64,000 nt of DNA from an uncultured Actinomycetes bacterium (lineage in GTDB: Bacteria > Actinomycetota > Thermoleophilia > RBG-16-64-13), in contig CAMTXC010000009.1 in assembly GCA_947085635.1 (NCBI GenBank), forward strand, positions 1,425 to 65,424, in the 5' to 3' direction. Positions 1-8,962 of this stretch are shown one piece after another. The notes beneath the pieces were generated by a model, which saw only the letters and a list, made by a program, of their open reading frames with translations, ran no database searches and had not been told where the DNA came from. A program made the position numbers and the translations under genes. Each line of letters starts with the position of its first letter. Positions within the stretch are counted from its first letter, which is position 1.

Positions 1-1838
1 ACGGCACCGGCCCGCAGGCCCGCTTCTTTCTTCCCTATGGCATCGCGGTTGGCTCCATGGGAACCGTGCATGTGGCCGACACCTACAACCATACGATCCG
101 ATCGGTGAGCGCTCTCGGAATAGTGACGACGCTGGCCGGTACTGGTGGGGAGGCGGGAGACAGCGACGGCCTGGGCGCCGCCGCCCGCTTCGACCACCCT
201 ACAGGCGTGGCCGTTGACGACACGGGCACCCTCTTCGTGGCCGACACGGGCAACCACGTCATCCGAGTGATCAGCGCGGTCGGCGCGGTCGGCACCCCCT
301 TCGGCACCGCGGGACTCGAGGGTAGCGCCGACGGGTTGGGCACTGACGCGCGGTTCCGCAATCCCAAAGCGGTGGCCGTGGACGATGGGGGCACGATATA
401 CGTGGCCGACACCGGCAATCACACGATCCGCGCCATCGATCCCACCGGCGCGGTGACGACCGTGGCGGGGAAGCCGGGTGAACCGGGCAACGCCGATGGC
501 GCGGCCTCCGACGCGCGCTTCCGCTCGCCCGCGGCGATCGCGGTCGACTGGACCGGCACTCTGTACGTCGCCGACACCGGCAACCACACGATCCGAATGA
601 TCTCGCCCACCGGGGTGGTGACCACGATGGCAGGAGCTCCAGGAGTGAGGGGCGCCGCCGACGGGCTGGGTTCGAGCGCCCGATTCTCCTCACCGGCAGG
701 TATCGCTCTCGGCGCGGAAGAGGCCCTCTTCGTGGCCGACTCGGGCAACAGTGCGGTTCGCAGAGTGAGCCCCATGGGGGCCGTGGCTACGGTGGCAGGT
801 CTATCCGGTACCACGGGCCGAGTTGACGGCGTCGGCTCCGCGGCACGTTTCGCTCTGTCTTCGGGCATCGCGGTGGGCCCCGACGATTTCCTCTACGTGG
901 CCGACACGTTCAATCACCTCATCCGCAAGATCGATCCTCCGCCTATCTACGCGGTCTTCACCGGCAAGGACCGCTACGAGACCGCGATCCTTGTGGCGAG
1001 GTCGGCCTATCCCACCGGTGCGAATACCGTGTTCCTGGTGAAGGGAGACGACTTCCCCGACGCCCTGGCGGCGGCGCCTCTGGCGGCGGCGCACGACGGG
1101 CCCATCATCCTGACGCCTTCGACCGGGCTCACGCAGGCGGTGCGGGAGGAACTCACCCGGCTCGCGCCCGGCACCGTGTTCTTCATCGGTCTGCCGGCCG
1201 CGGTGCGCACGCAGCTCAACGCGGCGCTTCCCGGGGTCAAGGTCAGGTCGTTCGTGGGTACCGACCGCTACCACACCGCGGCGCTCCTCGCGGAGGAGCT
1301 GAAGGCCAAGCTGGGGACGGTCGAGCGTGTGGTGCTCGCCTCCGGGGACAAGTTCCCCGACGCTCTGTCGGTGGCGCCACTGGCTGCCAAGCAGGGCTGG
1401 GCTGTCGTACTCACCCCCCAGAACGGGCCTCTTCCCGCGGTGACGGCGGCGGCGATCCAGTCGCTGGGGGTGACGTCCTCGGTCGTGGTGGGCACCTACG
1501 TCAAGCCGGCCGCACCGGTCACCGCCACCTCTCTCGTGGGCACCGATCGCTACCATACGAGCGCCCTCATCGCAGCGTACGCCGCCGCGCAGGGCCTCTC
1601 CTTCTCGCACATCGCCCTGGCCACGGGTGAGAACTACCCCGATGGCCTGGTTGTGGGGCCGTACCTTGCGATGGATGGAGGGATCCTCCTGCTGACTCAG
1701 TCCGCCGGGGTACCGGCCCGCATCGGCGACGTGCTGACCGGTCGTGCGCTCGAGATAAGGTTCGTGGACTTCGTCGGCCTGGGCGATGCCATCATCGCTA
1801 AGCTCAAGGCGCAGGTGGAGCCTACGGCGGGGCCGTGA
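1..1838 (+). CDS. Surface protein truncated at the window's 5' edge: NHL-type beta-propeller repeats followed by three CWB2-type cell-wall-binding repeats
   Basis: The frame is open from base 3, and the upstream residues GTGPQARFFLPYGIAVGS continue the repeat, so the ATG at 57 is internal. There are six ~57-aa units with the pattern ARF..P.G(I/V)AV...G.(L/I)(F/Y)VADTGNH.IR. These are followed by three modules of the form DRY(E/H)T(A/S)...GD.FPDAL..(A/G)P(L/Y)(A/L)A..G.(I/V)(I/L)LT. Stop codon at 1836-1838. Confidence 0.8.
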   Translation, partial: GTGPQARFFLPYGIAVGSMGTVHVADTYNHTIRSVSALGIVTTLAGTGGEAGDSDGLGAAARFDHPTGVAVDDTGTLFVADTGNHVIRVISAVGAVGTPFGTAGLEGSADGLGTDARFRNPKAVAVDDGGTIYVADTGNHTIRAIDPTGAVTTVAGKPGEPGNADGAASDARFRSPAAIAVDWTGTLYVADTGNHTIRMISPTGVVTTMAGAPGVRGAADGLGSSARFSSPAGIALGAEEALFVADSGNSAVRRVSPMGAVATVAGLSGTTGRVDGVGSAARFALSSGIAVGPDDFLYVADTFNHLIRKIDPPPIYAVFTGKDRYETAILVARSAYPTGANTVFLVKGDDFPDALAAAPLAAAHDGPIILTPSTGLTQAVREELTRLAPGTVFFIGLPAAVRTQLNAALPGVKVRSFVGTDRYHTAALLAEELKAKLGTVERVVLASGDKFPDALSVAPLAAKQGWAVVLTPQNGPLPAVTAAAIQSLGVTSSVVVGTYVKPAAPVTATSLVGTDRYHTSALIAAYAAAQGLSFSHIALATGENYPDGLVVGPYLAMDGGILLLTQSAGVPARIGDVLTGRALEIRFVDFVGLGDAIIAKLKAQVEPTAGP

Positions 1839-1848
1839 CGCCGGGCGG

Positions 1849-2250
1849 CTACGCGTCTCTCAGGATGCCGATCACTCGTATCTCGTCACTGGTCAACATG
1901 ACGATGGTCATGGTGGGAGCGTCGGTGGAGGTGGCGTGCATCTGCGCGACGTTGATGCCGGCGTCGGCGAGACGGCGGGCGATAGCAGCCAGCTCCCCGG
2001 GGCGGTTGTCGACCTCGGTCACCACCACCGGCACAAGGCCCACCTCTCCACCCAGGGGTGCGAGAGCCTCACCTGTGAGGCGGTTGTCGCTGGTGAGAAG
2101 GAGGAACTCGGCGGTGTCCCCCTTGTCGTAGGCGCCGATGGCAGTGATGTTCACGCCCGCGGCCAGGAGCGCCCCGGTGACGTCGGCCAGAAGGCCGATG
2201 CGGGTCGGTGCCTTGAACAGGACTTCGTTGCGTATTTCGGCTTTGGCCAT
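1849..2250 (-). CDS. Tandem ACT-domain (small-ligand-binding) protein
   Basis: The track ORF is 158 aa, but a GGGAGG Shine-Dalgarno lies 6 nt before the internal ATG at 2250 (MAKAEIRNEVLF...). The protein has two ~65-aa halves with ACT-like strand-Gly-helix signatures (TRIGLLADVTGALLAAGVNI and NRPGELAAIARRLADAGINV). Confidence 0.7.
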   Translation of the reverse strand: MAKAEIRNEVLFKAPTRIGLLADVTGALLAAGVNITAIGAYDKGDTAEFLLLTSDNRLTGEALAPLGGEVGLVPVVVTEVDNRPGELAAIARRLADAGINVAQMHATSTDAPTMTIVMLTSDEIRVIGILRDA

Positions 2251-2326
2251 GACAAGCCTCCCGTTGCGGATGGTGTAGGGGAAGTTGGTGCTGAGAAGGT
2301 AGTACCGCAGAGGTGGGCACTCCAAT

Positions 2327-2350
2327 CATGAGAGGCGGCATGAGAGGCGG
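2327..2350. repeat. Perfect tandem 12-mer x2 (CATGAGAGGCGG CATGAGAGGCGG)
   Basis: Read directly from the sequence. It lies 77-100 nt upstream of the ACT-domain gene start on the minus strand, and a degenerate third unit (GAGCAAGAGGCG) follows. Confidence 0.8.
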
Positions 2351-2451
2351 GAGCAAGAGGCGCGCTGGAGGGCTGTCGGCGACCGCGGAACGGATCCCGA
2401 ACCCGGAAGTTTCCGCTGGACGAGCGGCCGGGTAGGTCAACGGTACTCTTC

Positions 2452-2890
2452 TTGACGAACCGGCACCACTACCGCCACAGCGGAGAGTTTGTGAAGGCCT
2501 TCGGTTGCCGGGTCTGGTGCCACAGGGATGGTCTCCACGAGTTCACTCACGGTGAGGTGGTCGTGGCGTTCGAGTCCGGCCGGCCACTTCTCGGAGGGGT
2601 CAAGGTGGTGGAGATCGGTTCGATTTGCCCGGACGAGGTCGCCCTTCACATCCCGGGGGCGCAGGCAGTGTCCCTTGCCGATGGGCTGGTGCGCACCGGG
2701 TTCGACGGCCCCCTCGGCTTCGTGCCAGACTTCTTCATGGGTGACGACGCGGAAGACGTCAAGCGAGGGCTCTACAAGTCGTTCGAACGCCTTCTCGACC
2801 GCGAGTTCGACCATCTGCTCTTTGCTCACGGCGCTCCGTGGGTGGGCCGCTGCCGTATCCGGGAGCGTCTCGCAGGACGTCTTCGCAGTG
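2452..2890 (+). pseudogene. 5'-truncated remnant of an MBL-fold metallo-hydrolase
   Basis: The plus frame has high GC3. It reads NRHHYRHSGEFVKAFGC.VWCH..GLHEF...ICPDE.ALHIPG..A.S.ADGL.....G.LGFVPDFFMGDDAEDVK.GL..S.ERLL...FDHLLFAHGAPWVG, which I recognise as the C-terminal two thirds of an actinobacterial MBL-fold family. An in-frame stop at 2434-2436 removes the N-terminal ~70 aa. The 3' tail runs on as Arg/Gly-rich nonsense to 3135, into the neighbouring gene. Confidence 0.45.
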
Positions 2891-3100
2891 GCCAGGCCAC
2901 GGGTCAACACCGCATGGATCATCAACATGGTGTTGGTGAGGCGTGGCGCGGGCTGGTCGGTCATTATCGCCTCCGAGGGGACGCGGTGGGGGGAGCTCGC
3001 GGGATGTCCGAGCCTTTTCCCTGCGCGGCTGGGGTGGAAACCACGTGGTGCCGCGAATCTCAGGCGCGCTCGCCGAACGTTCAGGTGCGAGGCTCCAGGC

Positions 3101-4318
3101 TCAACGCCAGAGATCGCCGATTGGCACCGCGGTGACTCCGGGCGCCAGAGAGAGACGGATGTCGCCTTGGTGCACCACGTACCCGGGGCCCACGAGGTCG
3201 CCGAGCGCCGCTCGTAGTGACGTGATCCCTTCCGCCATCTGGGTTCGTGGCGTGCTGGAGAGCTTCATCTCTATAGGGATGAGAGCTTCGCCGGCGTCGA
3301 TGACGAGATCGACCTCGCTCCCCGTCGACGTGCGCCAGAAGTGGAGCCTCGGTTCCTCGCCCCGGTGTACCAGGGTACGCAGCACCTCGACTACCACGGC
3401 AGTTTCGAAGAGGGCGCCGGCCATCGGCCCTGCCGCTGCGTGTTCGGGATCGCGCAGCCCAACCAAATGGCAGAGTGTCCCCGTGTCGGCGAAGTAGACC
3501 TTCGGCGTCTTGACCAAGCGCTTGCCTGTGTTCGCGTGATAGGGACGGAGCACGAAGACCTGGTAAGTGGCTTCCAGTACCGAAAGCCACGCCTTCACCG
3601 TATTCAATGCTACTCCGAGGTCGCGAGACAGGTCGGCGAGGTTGAGCAGCTGCCCGCTGCGGGCGGCAAGTGCTCGGATGAAGCTCTGAAAGACCGCGAG
3701 ATCACCCACCTGCCTGATCGAGCGCACGTCGCGCTCGAGGTAGGTCTGGATGTAGCTCGAGTGCCAGAGATTGAGATCGCGCTGAGGTTCCGTCACGAGT
3801 TCGGGGTATCCTCCCCGCAGGATGTCGAGCCACAGGCCCCCGCGCCGCGCTGGAGATGTGGTTCTCGACGCGGCTTCCCACGGCAACGACGCGTCCGGCC
3901 GTCGCTCGGCCTCCCGGTGGGAGAGCGGAAGTAGCCGTAAGACGGCGGCGCGCCCGGCAAGTGACTCCGTGACGCGCTCGGCCACGAGCAGGTCCTGCGA
4001 CCCGGTCAGAACGAACCGTCCGCGGTCCATCCTCCGTTGGTCGATGCGCTCCTTGATGTAGGGGAGGAGATCGGGGGCGTACTGCACCTCGTCGAGGATG
4101 ACGGGAGCAGGGTGCAGATCGAGGAAGCCCCGCGGATCGGCCGCCGCCGCCGAACGCACGTCGGGAGGTTCGAGGGATACGTACCCGTGCGTTCGCCCAA
4201 AGCAATGCAAGAGCAGGGTTGTCTTGCCGGACTGACGAGGGCCGGTGAGTACCACGGCGGGGAACTCCGCGGCGGCTCTCAGCAGTACGGGTTCAAGCGA
4301 GCGGACGATGTAGCTCAT
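3101..4318 (-). CDS. AAA+ ATPase with C-terminal DUF4143 domain (AAA_14/DUF4143 family)
   Basis: Walker A motif in VVLTGPRQSGKTTLL and Walker B motif in VILDEVQY. The C-terminal half is of the typical family type (...FVLRPYHANTGKRLVKTPKVYFADTGL...EVDLVI). The start was moved to MSYIVRSLEP at 4318, which is preceded by a GGAGA Shine-Dalgarno. The upstream ATG at 4372 lacks one. Confidence 0.8.
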   Translation of the reverse strand: MSYIVRSLEPVLLRAAAEFPAVVLTGPRQSGKTTLLLHCFGRTHGYVSLEPPDVRSAAAADPRGFLDLHPAPVILDEVQYAPDLLPYIKERIDQRRMDRGRFVLTGSQDLLVAERVTESLAGRAAVLRLLPLSHREAERRPDASLPWEAASRTTSPARRGGLWLDILRGGYPELVTEPQRDLNLWHSSYIQTYLERDVRSIRQVGDLAVFQSFIRALAARSGQLLNLADLSRDLGVALNTVKAWLSVLEATYQVFVLRPYHANTGKRLVKTPKVYFADTGTLCHLVGLRDPEHAAAGPMAGALFETAVVVEVLRTLVHRGEEPRLHFWRTSTGSEVDLVIDAGEALIPIEMKLSSTPRTQMAEGITSLRAALGDLVGPGYVVHQGDIRLSLAPGVTAVPIGDLWR

Positions 4319-4367
4319 GGTGATCTCCGGTGGATTATCGTGGACTGCCGTGTGTGAGGGCGCGTTC

Positions 4368-4398
4368 TGCAATTATGCATTACGAATGCAGAATTGCA
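4368..4398. promoter_or_regulatory. AT-rich 31-bp near-perfect palindrome (TGCAATTATGCATT-ACG-AATGCAGAATTGCA), a candidate operator
   Basis: 13 of 14 arm positions are complementary when read directly. It lies in the divergent intergenic region between the AAA+ ATPase start (4318, minus) and the uvrA start (4508, plus). It is strikingly AT-rich against the GC-rich flanks. Confidence 0.5.
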
Positions 4399-4488
4399 AG
4401 CGTTGGCTCGTCGGACGCATCCTGCGTGAACGGATAACGAGTGGCCCAGCCGGCCGCAGCCGGGTATCCCGCTTCCGTCCGAACCCGG

Positions 4489-4497
4489 TGGTAGAAT
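4489..4497 (+). promoter_or_regulatory. Extended -10 element TGgTAGAAT for uvrA (near-leaderless)
   Basis: TG-n-TAGAAT ends 10 nt before the uvrA ATG. The intervening CTGACTCCCC contains no Shine-Dalgarno. Confidence 0.5.
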
Positions 4498-4507
4498 CTG
4501 ACTCCCC

Positions 4508-7456
4508 ATGAGCACCAGCGACCTCGTCATCGTCGGCGCGCGGGAACACAACCTGAAGGACATCTCCCTCCGGCTGCCCCGCGACCGTTTCATCGTTATC
4601 ACCGGCCTCTCGGGGTCGGGGAAGTCGAGCCTCGCCTTCGATACCATCTACGCCGAGGGCCAGCGTCGCTATGTGGAAAGTCTCTCCTCATACGCACGTC
4701 AGTTCCTGGGGCAGATGGACAAGCCCGACGTCGACTCGATCGAGGGTCTGTCGCCCGCCATCTCCATCGACCAGAAGACCACCTCGCGCAACCCGCGCTC
4801 CACGGTGGGCACGGTCACCGAGGTCTACGACTACCTGCGTCTCCTATACGCCCGGATCGGCCGGCCGCACTGTTGGATCTGCGGGCGACCCATCGAGGGC
4901 CAGAGCAAGGAGCAGATCGTCGAGCAGATCCTGAGCCTGCCGCTCGGCGCCAAGTTCCTGCTCCGCGCCCCCGTGGTTCGGGGACAGAAAGGGTGGCACA
5001 AGGAGGTCTTCGAACGCATACGCCAAGAGGGGTTCGCTCGGATAGAGATCGACGGCACCCAGTTCGTCATGGACGAACCTCTGCCCGAACTCGATAAGAA
5101 CGTGCGCCACGACATCAGCATCGTGGTCGACCGCCTGGTGATGAAGGAGGGCGTCCGGCGTCGGCTCTCCGAATCGGTCGAGACCGCCCTGAGCGAAGCC
5201 GGCGGTCTCCTCGAGGTGGATGTGTTCAACGGCTTCCCGGCCCACGACGCCGACGGCCGCCATGACACTCACGATCACCGCGCCGGCGCCGACCGGCAAG
5301 ATGCCGGTATCGCGCCCGCGCCAGACGCCCGACCGTCCACCCTCCTCTTCTCTGAGAATCTAGCCTGTCCCGAACACGGGGTCTCCCTGCCTGAGATCGA
5401 GCCGCGCATTTTCTCCTTCAACTCGCCCCACGGCGCCTGCGACTTGTGTGGCGGCCTCGGCTCCAGGCGTGAGATCGACCCAGGGCTGCTCATTGGCAAC
5501 CCGACCCTCTCTATCGCCGAAGGGGTCGTCTTGCCCTGGAGCGGCACCTCCTCCGAGTTTTATGAACAGATCATGCAGGCTATCGTCGACAAGTACGAAG
5601 CTTCGCTGGACACCGCGTGGGAACACTTGTCGCAGAGGGTGCGCGACGTCGTGCTCTACGGCACCGGCGACGACAAGCTCTACATCTCGTTCAAGAACCG
5701 CCGTGGCATCCACCGCAGCTACATGACCCGCTTCGAGGGCCTCGTGCGCAACCTCGAGCGCCGGTACCGCGAGACAGACTCCGAGTACATGCGCGGGCGC
5801 ATCGAGGAGTACATGGCCGAGGTGCCGTGTGCGGCGTGCAAAGGAGCGCGACTCAAGCCCCAGAGCCTGGCGGTGACGGTGGGGGAGAAGAGCATCCACG
5901 ATCTCAGCCTGCTGCCGGTAACCGGGGTCGTGAGCTTCCTGCGAGATCTCGAACTCACCGAGCGCGAACAACTCATCGGGGGCCGTATCCTCAAGGAGAT
6001 CCGCGAGCGCCTCTCGTTCCTCGAGTCGGTGGGAGTGGGCTATCTCAACCTGCACCGCAACGCCGGTACGCTCTCCGGCGGCGAAGCCCAGCGCATCCGT
6101 CTGGCCACCCAGATCGGTTCGAGTCTGGTGGGTGTGCTCTACATCCTCGACGAGCCCTCCATCGGTCTGCACCAGCGTGACAATCGGCGCCTCATCGAGA
6201 CCCTGCTGCGGCTGCGAGACCTTGGCAACACCGTGATCGTGGTGGAGCACGACGAGGAGACCATGCAGACGGCCGACCACATCGTCGACATGGGCCCCGG
6301 CGCGGGGGAGCACGGGGGAGAGGTGGTGGCGAGCGGCTCCCTGGCCGACGTGCTGGCGGAACCCCGCTCGGTCACAGGCCGCTTCCTTTCAGGCGAACGT
6401 TCCATCGCCGTGCCGACCACTCGGAGAGAGGGCCGCGGCGAGATCATGGTCCGTGGGGCTCGGCAGCACAACCTGCGCGGCATCGACGTGCGCATCCCTA
6501 CCGGCATGTTCGTGTGTGTCACCGGGGTGTCGGGTTCGGGCAAGTCGACCCTGGTGAACGACATCGTGTACCGCAGCCTGTCGAACCTGGTGAACCGGGT
6601 GGCGGTGCGCCCCGGCGACCACGACCGCATCGAGGGCATCCAGCAGTTGGACAAAGTCATCGACATCGACCAATCGCCCATCGGCCGCACGCCCCGCTCC
6701 AACCCGGCCACCTACACGGGTCTCTTCGACCATATCCGCGAGCTCTTCACACAGACCAAGGAGTCGAAGGTGCGCGGCTACAAACCCGGGCGGTTCAGCT
6801 TCAACGTGAAGGGCGGGCGCTGCGAGTCGTGCCGGGGGGACGGCACCCTGAAGATCGAGATGCACTTCCTGCCCGACATCTACGTGCCTTGCGAAGTGTG
6901 CCACGGCCGCCGGTATAACCAGGAGACCTTGGAGGTGCGCTTCAAGGGCAAGAACATCGCAGAGGTGCTGGCCATGAGTGTCGAGGAAGCGCTCCCCTTC
7001 TTCGAGAACCAGCCCAAGATCAGGCGCCGCCTGCAGACCCTGCACGACGTTGGCCTCGACTACATCAAGCTGGGCCAGCCCTCCACGACGCTCTCGGGCG
7101 GCGAGGCTCAGCGCGTGAAGCTGGCCACCGAGTTGTCGAAGGTGGCCACGGGCAACACCCTCTACATCTTGGACGAGCCCACCACCGGTTTGCATTTTGC
7201 CGACGTGGAGAAGCTGCTCGTGGTGCTGCAACGTCTGGTGGATGCGGGGAACACGGTGCTGGTGATCGAGCACAACCTCGACGTGATCAAGTGCGCCGAT
7301 TGGATCATCGACCTGGGCCCAGAGGGCGGCGACGCCGGCGGCCTGGTTGTCGCCGAGGGCACGCCGGAGCACGTGGCCGAGGTCTCGGCGAGTCACACGG
7401 GGGAGTTCCTGAAGCGGGTGCTGGAGGGGCGCGGCGCTGTAGCGGCCGATTTGTAG
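4508..7456 (+). CDS. uvrA: Excinuclease ABC subunit A
   Basis: 982 aa. It has two ABC modules (GLSGSGKSS and GVSGSGKST Walker A; LSGGEAQR twice), zinc-finger cysteines ([20 protein letters not shown]...CEVCHG) and the canonical N-terminus VGAREHNLK. Confidence 0.97.
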   Translation: MSTSDLVIVGAREHNLKDISLRLPRDRFIVITGLSGSGKSSLAFDTIYAEGQRRYVESLSSYARQFLGQMDKPDVDSIEGLSPAISIDQKTTSRNPRSTVGTVTEVYDYLRLLYARIGRPHCWICGRPIEGQSKEQIVEQILSLPLGAKFLLRAPVVRGQKGWHKEVFERIRQEGFARIEIDGTQFVMDEPLPELDKNVRHDISIVVDRLVMKEGVRRRLSESVETALSEAGGLLEVDVFNGFPAHDADGRHDTHDHRAGADRQDAGIAPAPDARPSTLLFSENLACPEHGVSLPEIEPRIFSFNSPHGACDLCGGLGSRREIDPGLLIGNPTLSIAEGVVLPWSGTSSEFYEQIMQAIVDKYEASLDTAWEHLSQRVRDVVLYGTGDDKLYISFKNRRGIHRSYMTRFEGLVRNLERRYRETDSEYMRGRIEEYMAEVPCAACKGARLKPQSLAVTVGEKSIHDLSLLPVTGVVSFLRDLELTEREQLIGGRILKEIRERLSFLESVGVGYLNLHRNAGTLSGGEAQRIRLATQIGSSLVGVLYILDEPSIGLHQRDNRRLIETLLRLRDLGNTVIVVEHDEETMQTADHIVDMGPGAGEHGGEVVASGSLADVLAEPRSVTGRFLSGERSIAVPTTRREGRGEIMVRGARQHNLRGIDVRIPTGMFVCVTGVSGSGKSTLVNDIVYRSLSNLVNRVAVRPGDHDRIEGIQQLDKVIDIDQSPIGRTPRSNPATYTGLFDHIRELFTQTKESKVRGYKPGRFSFNVKGGRCESCRGDGTLKIEMHFLPDIYVPCEVCHGRRYNQETLEVRFKGKNIAEVLAMSVEEALPFFENQPKIRRRLQTLHDVGLDYIKLGQPSTTLSGGEAQRVKLATELSKVATGNTLYILDEPTTGLHFADVEKLLVVLQRLVDAGNTVLVIEHNLDVIKCADWIIDLGPEGGDAGGLVVAEGTPEHVAEVSASHTGEFLKRVLEGRGAVAADL

Positions 7457-7559
7457 CCTACGCTACGACGGGCCGGCGTCGCAACCACTAGGATTATGGT
7501 GAAGCGGTCCGTCGGCGTCTTGCTCCGGGCCGTCAACCATCAGTGAGCGGAGGCGCATC

Positions 7560-7796
7560 ATGGACATCAAGCAAGAGCTGAAGAATCAGATCGTAGGGGC
7601 GCTCGCGGGGGCGGGCTTCCCACTCGCGACGCCGGAGGCTCTGCTCGGAGCCTTCCCTCAAGGCGCGGACACCACGTGCGCCGCGGGCGACGTCACCCTG
7701 CGGGCGGGGGATGCGGGCGGCGTGCTCACGGCCGACGACTTCCCGTTTACGAGTGCCGAGCAGGTGGCTGATACCATCCTTTCGCGCGCCCTCTAG
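7560..7796 (+). CDS. MTH865-like small protein (family of unknown function)
   Basis: 78 aa with a GGAGG Shine-Dalgarno upstream. The pattern (...FP...PE.L...[30 protein letters not shown]...A) matches my memory of the Methanothermobacter MTH865 family. Confidence 0.6.
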   Translation: MDIKQELKNQIVGALAGAGFPLATPEALLGAFPQGADTTCAAGDVTLRAGDAGGVLTADDFPFTSAEQVADTILSRAL

Positions 7797-7835
7797 ACGT
7801 AGGTCGGCAGCGACGGAAACTAAGGCGGCGAGGAG

Positions 7836-8615
7836 GTGGTGGGTCTGGCGGAAGCTTGGTGGCGTCCGCCGGACCCGCCCTTCTCGGTCCAGGTGAGTGA
7901 GGTGTCGGTGCATTGTCTTTGTGATGAGATGCTCGGGGGCCAGACAGGGTCGGCGCGCGCCTGCCTGGCAGAGCTCTGGGTGTTCGAGAACCTGGCTCCG
8001 GCGGAGATCGAGGCTCTGCTGCGGGCGGCCTGGCGGAAGCAGTACGCCGGCGGCGAGCCCATCTTCTTCCAGGGGGACCAGGCGGAGGTCATGTTCCTCA
8101 TCAAGGCCGGTCGGGTGAAGCTCAGCAAGTACACCGAAGGGGAGGTCGAGGTGACTCTCGACATCCGCAAGGCCGGGGACTTCCTCGGGGAGACGATGTT
8201 GAGCGAAGACTTGGAGTACCCGGTGAGCGCCTGGTGCCTCGAGGATACTGTGGTGTGCGGCTTCACCAAGACGCGCTTCGAGGCCCTGGTTCTGGAGAAC
8301 CCCAACATCGGGCTGCAGGTGATCAGGAACCTCTCGAACCGTATCCTCGTGCTCACAAGTCGCATGGGCAGCCTGTCGGCCGCGAGTCTGGAGGATCGAC
8401 TCTACGGTGTGCTCTCCCAGGTGGCCAACGAGCACGGCACGATGACGCTCAAGGGGGCCGTGATCCAGTTCCCCCTCACTCACGAGGATCTCAGTTTCCT
8501 GGTCGGGGCTCACCGCGTGAGCATCACGAGGGCGATGAAAGCCCTCCGCGAGTCCGGCAGAGTGGTGAGCGAGGGGAGAACCCTCATCGTGCGGTCGACG
8601 GGCGCACGATCGTGA
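7836..8615 (+). CDS. Crp/Fnr-family transcriptional regulator
   Basis: cNMP-binding beta-barrel (IFFQGDQAEVMFLIKAGRVKLSK....GE.VTLDIRKAGDFLGE) plus a C-terminal HTH (THEDLSFLVGAHRVSITRAMKAL). The N-terminus carries three Cys (HCLCDEM...AC). The start codon is uncertain, with candidates at GTG 7836, later GTGs, or ATG at MLGGQ. Confidence 0.85.
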   Translation: MVGLAEAWWRPPDPPFSVQVSEVSVHCLCDEMLGGQTGSARACLAELWVFENLAPAEIEALLRAAWRKQYAGGEPIFFQGDQAEVMFLIKAGRVKLSKYTEGEVEVTLDIRKAGDFLGETMLSEDLEYPVSAWCLEDTVVCGFTKTRFEALVLENPNIGLQVIRNLSNRILVLTSRMGSLSAASLEDRLYGVLSQVANEHGTMTLKGAVIQFPLTHEDLSFLVGAHRVSITRAMKALRESGRVVSEGRTLIVRSTGARS

Positions 8616-8721
8616 CCGGCGTCGACTCGTAGACGGCGACGGCGGGACACCGGCACTTGGCAGCCTGGCCGGCCGGGCAGCGGCGAACTGCGATCCTCCG
8701 GAAGGCTGAGGAGGGAACAGC

Positions 8722-8962
8722 ATGGCCATGGCGGAACGCAAGGCGAACGTAGTCTGGGAAGGCGATCTCGCCCACGGCGCGGGAAGCGTGACGGTGGCGA
8801 GCGGCGCTCTGGCCGAGTTTCCGGTCACCTGGGCGTCACGCACAGAGCGGTCGGACGGCAAGACGAGCCCTGAGGAGCTCATCGCAGAGGACGGGCTGCC
8901 CTGTCTCCAACGCACTCACCGGGGTGGACATCGTTCCGGCGGCAGCGATCCTCGAAGAGTGA
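8722..8962 (+). pseudogene. OsmC-family peroxiredoxin gene with an internal deletion and frameshift
   Basis: The first ~55 codons read like OsmC (A.VVWEGDL..G.G.V...SGAL...PV....R.E...GKTSPEELIA). After ELIA the frame degenerates. The +1 frame then reads TGCPVSNALTGVDIVPAAAILEE-stop, which resembles the OsmC C-terminal AGCPVS..L motif. The central ~65 codons are therefore missing. The 171-aa track ORF tail is Arg-rich nonsense. Confidence 0.6.

Noticed and set aside
2437-2964. 175-aa minus-strand ORF as the real gene in this interval, instead of the plus-strand MBL remnant.
   Set aside because: The plus frame shows family-specific motifs (NRHHYRH, GFVPDFFMGDD, LLFAHG) and GC-rich third positions. 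The minus ORF has no recognisable features. A small residual possibility is noted under the MBL finding.
4399-4507. Canonical LexA/SOS box upstream of uvrA.
   Set aside because: I found no GAAC-N4-GTTC or TCGAAC-N4-GTTCGA motif in the uvrA upstream region. Only the unrelated AT-rich palindrome at 4368-4398 is present, and it is reported separately.
7533-8915. 460-aa minus-strand ORF covering the MTH865 and Crp/Fnr genes. Similar shadow ORFs occur at 12712-14160, 14194-15861, 28889-30763, 34441-35694 and 62478-63581.
   Set aside because: The composition is low-complexity and Arg/Pro/Ser-rich with no domain signatures. Each overlaps a strongly supported gene on the other strand.
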